From an uncultured Erysipelothrix sp. (lineage in GTDB: Bacteria; Bacillota_I; Bacilli_A; Erysipelotrichales; Erysipelotrichaceae), in assembly GCA_964440875.1 (NCBI GenBank), contig CAYTTS010000002.1, positions 1-56,872 on the forward strand: DNA of 56,872 nt. Reading direction: 5' to 3'. Position numbers and translations under genes: made by a program. Below, in pieces: positions 1 through 7,292 of the stretch (the first letter of the stretch is position 1; each line of letters begins with the position of its first letter). The notes below the pieces were generated by a model. The model made no database searches. It was not told the DNA's origin and was given only the letters and a program-made list of their open reading frames with translations.

Positions 1-28
1 AATTATACGAAGCAGCCCTATAATAACT

Positions 29-51
29 AAAGCCGAGAAATCGGCTTTTTT
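29..51 (+). terminator. Rho-independent terminator of the gene lying upstream of the window
   Basis: AGCCGA-GAAA-TCGGCT hairpin followed by a T run. Confidence 0.7.
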
Positions 52-62
52 AATTCTTAAAA

Positions 63-98
63 TTGCATGAACTAGACTAATTAATGTATAATGATTAT
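63..98 (+). promoter_or_regulatory. Putative sigmaA promoter of the ZIP transporter with a Fur/Zur-like palindrome over the -10
   Basis: TTGCAT at 63-68 and TATAAT at 87-92. Perfect 5-1-5 palindrome ATAAT-G-ATTAT at 88-98. Confidence 0.4.
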
Positions 99-138
99 TA
101 ACAAGAGGTAATTACTTGTTTTTAGAAAGAGGGAAAAC

Positions 139-957
139 ATGAATTGGTTTATTGACTTAAGTCCTGTAGCTCAGGCTTTCTTAGGAACTATGTTTACTTG
201 GGGAGTTACTGCTTTAGGGGCTTCAACAGTTTTCTTCTTCAAGAAGATTAACAAAAATGTTTTAAATGCTATGTTGGGATTTGCGGCAGGCGTAATGATT
301 GCTGCTAGTTTTTGGTCTCTTTTAGCTCCAGCTATCGAAATGGCTAAAGCTGTTAATCAAAATTCAGTCTTAATTGCTGCTAGTGGTTTTCTTGCCGGAG
401 GATTATTTTTATTTATTGCAGATAAAATAATTCCGCATTTACACTTAGGAAGTAAGTTAGACGAAGCTGAGGGTATTAAAACAAACTTACAAAGATCAGT
501 TTTGCTAGTATTGGCAATTACATTACATAATATTCCAGAAGGATTAGCAGTAGGGGTTGCCTTTGGTGCAGCTTATCACGGCTTTCCTGGGGCAACATTA
601 GCAGGAGCACTGGCCTTAACAATTGGTATTGGACTGCAAAACTTTCCAGAAGGAGCAGCTGTGTCGATACCTTTAAGAAGAGAAGGTATGTCGAGGTGGA
701 AAGCGTTTTTATATGGACAAGCATCAGGTATTGTTGAACCTATTGCGGGTATTATTGGTGCTTATGCAGTTATCTCTATGCAATCGATCTTACCATTTGC
801 ACTTGCTTTTGCGGCAGGGGCGATGATTTACGTTGTAGTAGAAGAGTTAATTCCAGAAGCGAATCAAGGAAAAACGCACTCAAGTATAGAAATAGCGACG
901 ATAGGTGTAATGATAGGATTTACAGTTATGATGGTATTAGATGTTGCTTTTGGATAG
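139..957 (+). CDS. ZIP (ZupT/GufA-like) family divalent metal transporter
   Basis: 272-aa polytopic ORF with paired ZIP signatures [10 protein letters not shown] and [16 protein letters not shown] lies upstream of the ATG. Confidence 0.9.
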   Translation: MNWFIDLSPVAQAFLGTMFTWGVTALGASTVFFFKKINKNVLNAMLGFAAGVMIAASFWSLLAPAIEMAKAVNQNSVLIAASGFLAGGLFLFIADKIIPHLHLGSKLDEAEGIKTNLQRSVLLVLAITLHNIPEGLAVGVAFGAAYHGFPGATLAGALALTIGIGLQNFPEGAAVSIPLRREGMSRWKAFLYGQASGIVEPIAGIIGAYAVISMQSILPFALAFAAGAMIYVVVEELIPEANQGKTHSSIEIATIGVMIGFTVMMVLDVAFG

Positions 958-982
958 AAAGTCACTTTTTGTGGCTTTTTTT
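958..982 (+). terminator. Rho-independent terminator after the ZIP gene
   Basis: AAGTCAC / GTGGCTT stem with a T5 loop, followed by a T run. Confidence 0.6.
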
Positions 983-1005
983 AATATAGTAATGGGGAGA
1001 ACAAA

Positions 1006-1839
1006 ATGAAAAAAATAAAATTAGTAATGACAGATTTAGATGAGACATTAATTGACCATAGTTCAGGAGATCATAATGGAATAACTGAAGAGAGTATGGA
1101 AGTTATTGACAGATTAATTGCTGATGGTGTATATGTGGTGCCAACTACTGGGCGCTATTTTGGTGGAATTCCAGAGTACTTCCATGACCATAGTAAATTT
1201 AAATATTTAGTTAGTTCTAACGGAGCTCAAATTATGGATAAGGAAAACAATGAAGTCTTAATGCAAAGTAGTATTGATAAGGACTTAATATACGAAATTA
1301 TTGCTGAAGCTAATGATAAAGCTAAGAATATTATCTTGGTATTATCAGGAGACATTGTTATTGACTCTAGAATATTTGATAATCGTGATCAAGAAAATGA
1401 TGAGTTCTTACAAAAGTTAATCAATAATGGAACTGTAACAGATGATATTTTAGAATATATTAAAACGAGTGATAAAGTTATTAAAAAAATTGATTTAGGT
1501 TTTGAAGACTTAGAATACAGGGCGAAACTTTATGAAAAACTAAAAGAGTATCCAGGTATTAATGCTGTTAGTTCCCATGAATCAAATATTGAAATAATGG
1601 ATATCAATACTAGTAAAGGTGATGCACTAGTATTTCTTCAAGAACATTTAGATTTAGATAGAAGTGAAATACTTGCTATTGGAGATAATGATAACGATAT
1701 GTCGATGCTAGCTAATGCTGGACTTGGTATTGCAATGGGTAATGCTAGTGAAGAAGTAAAAAGCCACAGCGATGCTGTGACTAGTCATGTTAGTGATAAC
1801 GGTTTTGCTAAAGCAATTAAGAAATACTTTAATTATTAA
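1006..1839 (+). CDS. Cof-type HAD-IIB family sugar-phosphate phosphatase
   Basis: HAD motif I DLDETL at the N-terminus and motif IV GDNDNDMSM near the C-terminus. SD GGGGAG. Confidence 0.88.
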   Translation: MKKIKLVMTDLDETLIDHSSGDHNGITEESMEVIDRLIADGVYVVPTTGRYFGGIPEYFHDHSKFKYLVSSNGAQIMDKENNEVLMQSSIDKDLIYEIIAEANDKAKNIILVLSGDIVIDSRIFDNRDQENDEFLQKLINNGTVTDDILEYIKTSDKVIKKIDLGFEDLEYRAKLYEKLKEYPGINAVSSHESNIEIMDINTSKGDALVFLQEHLDLDRSEILAIGDNDNDMSMLANAGLGIAMGNASEEVKSHSDAVTSHVSDNGFAKAIKKYFNY

Positions 1840-1840
1840 T

Positions 1841-2500
1841 TTATCTTATAAAGAAAACAATTGCAATAAAGTGTGATATTGAGGCAAGGTTAATAAATAC
1901 ATGCCAAATAACGTGTGAGTAAGGTTTCTTTCTCGTATAGAAATAAGCTCCAATTGAATATAAAACTCCCCCAAGGACGATTAGTCCAAGAAAAATTGGT
2001 GTGGAGTTTTTTATTATTGTGGGCATAAATAAGACGGCAACCCAACCCATAATTAAATAAACGGCTAAAGTTAGTTTACGCATATCTTTTCTAGCGACCG
2101 CTTTATAGAAAATTCCAAATAGAACTCCTGACCACTGTATTACTAATATAAGAGCTGCTTGCCAACCACCGATTAATGAAATTGCTATTGGTGTGTATGA
2201 TCCGGCAATTGCGAAATATATAAAGATGTGATCTAATATTCTAAAAACGACTTTCTGAGTACTGCTAAATTCCATTGAGTGGTATATTGTTGATACTAAA
2301 AACATTAAGAAAATACAAATAGTATAAACGCTAACACCAAGAGCATATGTTAAACCGCCAACACTATAAGTGTAAATAGCGGTAATTGGTATTAATATTA
2401 GAAGTAATAAAGCCATAATGCCGTGGGAAATAGCATTACCTACTTCCTCTTTAAAGCTTAATTGAATCATATTTTTTATTGAATGATCTTTTTTTGCCAT
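1841..2500 (-). CDS. Hemolysin III / PAQR family membrane protein
   Basis: 219 aa with about 7 TM segments and the conserved C-terminal HVIWHVF...SISHF histidines of the family. SD AAGGAG. Confidence 0.85.
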   Translation of the reverse strand: MAKKDHSIKNMIQLSFKEEVGNAISHGIMALLLLILIPITAIYTYSVGGLTYALGVSVYTICIFLMFLVSTIYHSMEFSSTQKVVFRILDHIFIYFAIAGSYTPIAISLIGGWQAALILVIQWSGVLFGIFYKAVARKDMRKLTLAVYLIMGWVAVLFMPTIIKNSTPIFLGLIVLGGVLYSIGAYFYTRKKPYSHVIWHVFINLASISHFIAIVFFIR

Positions 2501-2619
2501 AATATTCTCCTTTGTAATCTAGATTTATTATAGCATAGACGTGTAATCAATGATATGTATAAGACGATAAAATAACCATAAAAGTCAAGTTTCACAGTAA
2601 TTTCACCTAGCCATTTCTC

Positions 2620-2648
2620 TTGACATTTATCACTTAAGTTTATATAAT
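2620..2648 (+). promoter_or_regulatory. Consensus sigmaA promoter for the CNNM gene
   Basis: TTGACA (2620-2625), 17-nt spacer, TATAAT (2643-2648). Confidence 0.75.
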
Positions 2649-2672
2649 TATTAAATAAATGGAGGAGTGCTA

Positions 2673-2741
2673 ATGACTGAAGATTGTTCCGGAAATGTTC
2701 CGAGGAGTTACGTATATATACAAGGTGATGTAATATGCTAA
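2673..2741 (+). CDS. Candidate 22-aa leader peptide (uORF), MTEDCSGNVPRSYVYIQGDVIC
   Basis: GGAGGAG SD 7 nt upstream of the ATG. Its stop overlaps the CNNM start as ATGCTAA. No homology can be asserted. Confidence 0.3.
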   Translation: MTEDCSGNVPRSYVYIQGDVIC

Positions 2742-4063
2742 CACAGTTATTATTAGTAGTAATATTAATATTATTTAATGCGTTTTTCGCTGGAAGTGAA
2801 ATGGCGTTTATTTCTGTTAACTTAAACAAATTAAAATCACAAGATGATAAAAAATCACAAAAGATTGTTGAGCTGGCATCCAATTCAACAAACCTTTTAT
2901 CTTCAATCCAAGTTGGGGTAACCTTATCAGGCTTTTTAGCATCTGCAGTTGCTTCGGAAGCCTTTGGTCAAATTTTGGTTGATTTATTATTAAATTTAGG
3001 ATTAGTATTTAATGCTGATCTTTTAAAAGCTATCGTAATGTTTATCATTACTTTAGTACTTTCATACTTAACAATATTGTTTGGAGAACTTGTCCCTAAA
3101 AAAATAGCGATGGCTCATCCAGATAAGTTTGCTGCAGTTGTTATATATCCAATTTCATTTTTCTCAAGTCTATTTAGACCGATAGTTAAATTCTTAGCTT
3201 TATCAACAAGGTTAGTATTAAGAATCTTTAATATCGATGCGGATAAGTTAGAAGATAGTGCAACTGAAGAAGAAATTAAATTAATGGTTTCTGTTTCCTC
3301 AGAAAGTGGAAACATTGATGAAACTGAACGTGAGATGATTGATAATATCTTTGCATTTGATGATTTAATGGTCGAAGATATTATGACACATAGAACTGAA
3401 GTACTAGCAATTGGTGACGATTGGACTTTTGATGAAGTTATGGAATTTGTTTCAAAAGAAAGATTTACAAGATATCCAGTTTATAAAGATAATATTGATA
3501 ATATTATCGGAACTATCCATCTTAGAGACTTACTTAAATTTACGAGTAATTCAGAAGATTATAATTTAATGGATATATTAAGAAAACCATATTATGTTCC
3601 AGGATCGAAAATGAGTGATGAACTATTCAATGAGTTCAAACTTAACAAGACACATATTGCGATTGTAATTGATGAGTATGGTGGAACAGCTGGTATTATA
3701 ACGATGGAAGACTTAATTGAAGAAGTAATGGGTGATATCTCTGATGAGTATGACTTAGATGAGTCTGATGGTATAACTGAGATTACTAAAGAGATGTGGT
3801 TAGTTGAAGGTGATGCTGAGTTAGTTGACCTTGAGGATGAATTAGGTATTGATCTTCCGGTTGATAAGTTTGATACCGTGAGTGGATTTATCATTGGTGA
3901 GCTTGGAAGACTTCCACAAAAATCTGACATTAATTCAGTAAGTGATGCAGTAGTATATAATAATTATCGATTTGTGATAACTAAAGCTGAAGAGAAAGTA
4001 GTTACAAAAGTTAAGGTATTAAAGTTAAAACAAAAAGATAGTGATGAAATAGAAGAAGAATAA
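2735..4063 (+). CDS. CNNM/CorC-HlyC family transporter (DUF21 + CBS pair + CorC_HlyC), putative Mg2+/divalent cation efflux
   Basis: N-terminal DUF21 TM helices (LFNAFFAGSEMAF), a CBS pair, the VIDEYGGTAGIITMEDLIEEVMGDI motif and a C-terminal CorC domain. Confidence 0.92.
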   Translation: MLTQLLLVVILILFNAFFAGSEMAFISVNLNKLKSQDDKKSQKIVELASNSTNLLSSIQVGVTLSGFLASAVASEAFGQILVDLLLNLGLVFNADLLKAIVMFIITLVLSYLTILFGELVPKKIAMAHPDKFAAVVIYPISFFSSLFRPIVKFLALSTRLVLRIFNIDADKLEDSATEEEIKLMVSVSSESGNIDETEREMIDNIFAFDDLMVEDIMTHRTEVLAIGDDWTFDEVMEFVSKERFTRYPVYKDNIDNIIGTIHLRDLLKFTSNSEDYNLMDILRKPYYVPGSKMSDELFNEFKLNKTHIAIVIDEYGGTAGIITMEDLIEEVMGDISDEYDLDESDGITEITKEMWLVEGDAELVDLEDELGIDLPVDKFDTVSGFIIGELGRLPQKSDINSVSDAVVYNNYRFVITKAEEKVVTKVKVLKLKQKDSDEIEEE

Positions 4064-4135
4064 ATTTGTAAGAGTTATTGATATTAGCATATGATACAAT
4101 GTAGGTAGAGAAACTTTTGCAATAATTTTAATTAT

Positions 4136-4159
4136 AAAAGTGCATAAGTATGCACTTTT
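4136..4159 (+). terminator. 10-bp hairpin flanked by A and T tracts, likely terminator of the CNNM unit
   Basis: AAAAGTGCAT-AAGT-ATGCACTTTT. It lies inside the 5' extension of the ORF-track call that starts at 4140. Confidence 0.55.
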
Positions 4160-4184
4160 ACTTTATAAAGGAATGGTGTTTTGT

Positions 4185-5222
4185 ATGAATGGTAAAAAAA
4201 TAAATATAAGAATGTTGTCGATGGCTGATATAATTAAGGGGCAGGGTGTATCAAGTGCCTATAATGAACAGGTAAACTTAGTTAAACAATCAAAAATATT
4301 AAATATAAGAGTAAACGAAAAGTTTAAAGAAGCGGATATTACTCACCACCATACAGTTGATCTCAAAAACTACTTTACAATGTTTAAAAAAGGAACTACT
4401 CATGTTGCATATGTTCATATGTTAGCTGAAAAGTTAGAGGGTTCAATTAAACTAAATAAAGTTTTCTATAAAATTTTTCAAAAGTATACTCATAGTTTTT
4501 ATCGAAAGGCAGATCATTTAGTAATAGTAAATCCGGATACAAAGAAACTTCTTTTAACATATGGAATAGATGAATCAAGAATTACTTATATACCAAATTA
4601 TGTCTCTGATGAAGATTTTTATGTACTTGATGATGAAGAAAGAGCAGGAATGAAAGATAAGTATGACTTTGATAAAGATAAGTTTACTGTTTTATCAGTT
4701 GGACAAGTCTTGCTAGGAAAAGGTGTAAGAGACTTTATCCAATCTGCAAAAGACAATCCGGAAATTAATTATGTTTGGGCAGGTGGCTTTTCATTTGGTC
4801 AATTGACAGATGGTTATGATGAACTTAAGTCATATGTTGACAATCCGCCTAAAAACGTTAAATTTTTAGGGATTGTTGATCGCGATAAGATGAATGAAGT
4901 TTATAATGCGGCTGATATATTATTCATGCCATCATTAAATGAAATGTTTCCAATGACAATTTTAGAAGCTATCAATACAGAGATACCAATTGTTATTAGA
5001 AACTTAGAATTATACGAGCATATTTTATTTGATAAATATGCAAAATGTAATGATATAAATGACTTTAATAATGAAATATTAAAGTTAAAAGAAGATAAAG
5101 ATTATTATTCTTTATCTAAACAAAGATCGATAGAATTAAAAGAATTCTACACAAGATCTTATGTATTAAAATTATGGGAAGACTTTTATACAAAAGTCTA
5201 TCTAGAAAACAAAGGAGAATAG
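4185..5222 (+). CDS. GT4-family (GT-B) glycosyltransferase, possibly a membrane glycolipid synthase
   Basis: The N-terminus MNGKKINIRMLS..GQGVSSAY and the C-terminal MFPMTILEAINTEIPIV (EX7E-like) are typical of GT4. The start was moved from GTG 4140 to ATG 4185 because 4136-4159 is a hairpin. Confidence 0.8.
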   Translation: MNGKKINIRMLSMADIIKGQGVSSAYNEQVNLVKQSKILNIRVNEKFKEADITHHHTVDLKNYFTMFKKGTTHVAYVHMLAEKLEGSIKLNKVFYKIFQKYTHSFYRKADHLVIVNPDTKKLLLTYGIDESRITYIPNYVSDEDFYVLDDEERAGMKDKYDFDKDKFTVLSVGQVLLGKGVRDFIQSAKDNPEINYVWAGGFSFGQLTDGYDELKSYVDNPPKNVKFLGIVDRDKMNEVYNAADILFMPSLNEMFPMTILEAINTEIPIVIRNLELYEHILFDKYAKCNDINDFNNEILKLKEDKDYYSLSKQRSIELKEFYTRSYVLKLWEDFYTKVYLENKGE

Positions 5223-5223
5223 A

Positions 5224-5982
5224 ATGAAAAACATTAATCCGTTTTTAGAAATTGGAAATAGTGTAGTTACTTCAACGGAGTTACAAATAGCAGTTTTAAT
5301 TGACGCAGATAATGTCCCATATAAGAGTTTGAAAGGTATATTGGAAGAAGTAACACGTTACGGAAATCCTACTATTAAACGAATATATGGAGACTGGACT
5401 AATCAGAAACTTAATGGATGGAAGCCATTATTATTAGAGAATGCGATTAGCCCAATTCAACAATATGGTTATACTATTGGAAAAAATGCTACTGACTCAG
5501 CACTAATTATAGATGCAATGGATATGTTATATACAAAAAATATTGATGGTTTCTGCTTAGTATCAAGTGATAGTGATTTTACTAGACTTGCGACAAGACT
5601 TAGAGAAGCTGGGAAGTGGGTACTAGGAATTGGTGAGAAGAAAACACCTAATCCATTTATAGTGTCATGTGATAAATTTGTATATATTGAAGTTATTGAG
5701 GAAAATGCAAAAACAGACTTACTAGGCGGTAAAGACCGCGATGATTTAGTTCGTCTAATTGCTACATCTGTTTATGATGTTGCTGATGAGAGTGGTTATG
5801 CATTTTTAGCAGATGTTGGAAACTCAATAATGAGAAGATCTCCAGATTTTGATCCAAGAAACTATGGTTACTATAAATTAACACCATTATTAAAAGATTT
5901 AGAAGAGTTTGAAGTTGATGAAAGAAAGATCGATGATTCAGTCAAACATGTCTATATTAAGAATAAGAAGAGAAGAAAGTAA
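5224..5982 (+). CDS. NYN (LabA/limkain-b1-like) nuclease-fold domain protein with a C-terminal OST-HTH/LOTUS domain
   Basis: NYN acidic motifs LIDADNV, GKNATDSALIIDA and LVSSDSDF. C-terminal LOTUS-like segment LVRLIATSV...GYAFLADVGNSIMR..PDFDPRNYGYYKLTPLL. SD AAAGGAG. The start is 1 nt after the GT stop. Confidence 0.8.
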   Translation: MKNINPFLEIGNSVVTSTELQIAVLIDADNVPYKSLKGILEEVTRYGNPTIKRIYGDWTNQKLNGWKPLLLENAISPIQQYGYTIGKNATDSALIIDAMDMLYTKNIDGFCLVSSDSDFTRLATRLREAGKWVLGIGEKKTPNPFIVSCDKFVYIEVIEENAKTDLLGGKDRDDLVRLIATSVYDVADESGYAFLADVGNSIMRRSPDFDPRNYGYYKLTPLLKDLEEFEVDERKIDDSVKHVYIKNKKRRK

Positions 5983-5986
5983 TTAT

Positions 5987-6015
5987 TTGAATTAAAAGCT
6001 TAATTATTATATAAT
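5987..6015 (+). promoter_or_regulatory. sigmaA promoter of the pheST T-box leader
   Basis: TTGAAT (5987-5992), 17 nt, TATAAT (6010-6015). Confidence 0.65.
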
Positions 6016-6024
6016 TAACTGGTA

Positions 6025-6227
6025 TAAAAAATAAATCGAAGATTAGGACTAGTATGATTATAATTACTATTTAGAGAGTGACTGTTTGCTGGAAGGTCAT
6101 TAGTAAATAATTTGAATTCACCTATGAGAGAAACTAATCATTTCCGTAGCTACTGCGTTAAAGTAAAGATGAGAAATTTAAAACAGGATGGTACCGCGAT
6201 TGTCGCTTCTGGCAGCGCGGTTTTTTT
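6025..6227 (+). promoter_or_regulatory. T-box riboswitch leader, Phe (UUC specifier at 6117-6119)
   Basis: Stem I AGAGAG box. Specifier context GAA-UUC-A. T-box motif GGATGGTACCGCG at 6186-6198. CCGCG/CGCGG terminator stem plus a T7 run at 6221-6227. Confidence 0.92.
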
Positions 6228-6246
6228 AATGAGAAGGGGTGTTTTT

Positions 6247-7281
6247 ATGGATAATATATCAAATGTGAAACAATTGATGCTAGAAAGATTAAAAGAAGCT
6301 AAATCACTTGAAGAAATTGAAAATTTAAGAATTCAATTACTAGGTAAAAAAGGTGAGATACAAGACTTAATGAAAGAGATGAAGAACTTAAGCAAGGAAG
6401 AAAGACCAAATTTCGGTGCTAAAGTTAATGAGATTAAAACAGCAGTAGAATTATATATTACTGAGGAAATCAAAAAGTTTATGGAAATTGAGATGGAAAG
6501 AAGACTAGCTAGTGAGAAGATTGATATCACACTACCTGGTGCAAGTATTTCAATCGGAAATCAACATCCATTAACGATAATGAGTAATGAGATTTGTAAT
6601 CTATATAAATCTATGGGATATCGTATTGTTGAAGGACCGGAAGTTGAACTTGATTTATACAACTTTGAGCGTGCCAACATACCAGAAGATCACCCAGCTC
6701 GTGAAATGCAAGATACATTTTTCGTTGATGTTGAGAGACTTTTAAGAACGCATACGACAGCGATTCAAACACGTGTCTTAGAAGAAGAAAGTGATAATTT
6801 ACCAATTAGAGTAATTTGTCCTGGAAAAACATATAGACGCGATGATGATGATGCTACTCATTCACATCAGTTCATTCAGATTGAAGGTTTATTAATAGAT
6901 GAAAATATTAAAATGACAGATCTTAAAGGGTCACTTGAAGTATTAGCTAAACATTTATTTGGGGCTGACCAAAAAATTAGATTGAGACCATCATACTTCC
7001 AATTTACAGAACCATCTGTAGAAGTTGATGTAACTTGCTTCAACTGTAAGGGTAGTGGCTGTAATGTTTGTAAAGACTCAGGATGGATTGAGTTATTAGG
7101 AGCAGGAATGGTGCACCCAGAGGTTTTAGAAATGGCTGGAATTGATAGTAATAAATATAGTGGGTTTGCCTTTGGTATCGGTGTTGACCGTGCTGTTATG
7201 TTAAAATATGGTGTTGACGATATTAGATCTTTATATACTAATGATACTAGATTATTAAGTATGTTCGATCGTTTTGAATAG
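6247..7281 (+). CDS. pheS: Phenylalanine--tRNA ligase alpha subunit
   Basis: Class II motifs FQFTEPS, GAGMVHP and GFAFGIGVDR. The start was moved from 6112 to ATG 6247 because 6112-6246 is the T-box leader. Confidence 0.97.
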   Translation: MDNISNVKQLMLERLKEAKSLEEIENLRIQLLGKKGEIQDLMKEMKNLSKEERPNFGAKVNEIKTAVELYITEEIKKFMEIEMERRLASEKIDITLPGASISIGNQHPLTIMSNEICNLYKSMGYRIVEGPEVELDLYNFERANIPEDHPAREMQDTFFVDVERLLRTHTTAIQTRVLEEESDNLPIRVICPGKTYRRDDDDATHSHQFIQIEGLLIDENIKMTDLKGSLEVLAKHLFGADQKIRLRPSYFQFTEPSVEVDVTCFNCKGSGCNVCKDSGWIELLGAGMVHPEVLEMAGIDSNKYSGFAFGIGVDRAVMLKYGVDDIRSLYTNDTRLLSMFDRFE

Positions 7282-7292
7282 GAGGAAAATTA

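Noticed and set aside
518-724. Short antisense or alternative-frame ORFs from the ORF track: 518-724, 2476-2883, 3115-3315, 3592-3930, 6333-6530, 6611-6805, 14023-14253, 20802-20984, 21259-21444, 23943-24263, 29099-29296, 31848-32030, 37718-37906, 42956-43162, 44700-44993, 47295-47498, 48425-48607, 48528-48815, 48736-48960, 48997-49215, 51619-51972, 54606-54932, 54632-54829 and 55406-55612.
   Set aside because: Each lies fully inside, or antisense to, a well-supported conserved gene. They have low-complexity, Ser/Leu/Ile-rich translations typical of shadow frames in AT-rich DNA, and no SD sequences.
6112-6246. N-terminal extensions in ORF-track calls: pheS 6112, alaS 42511, radical SAM 28639, trmL 31580, udk 47159, DUF1292 45867, mltG 46132, PPIase 41583, yceD 12985, comN 20077 and GT4 4140.
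   Set aside because: The extensions overlap T-box leaders, terminator hairpins or upstream genes, and they lack SD sequences. Internal ATGs with canonical GGAGG-type SDs reproduce the family-typical N-termini.
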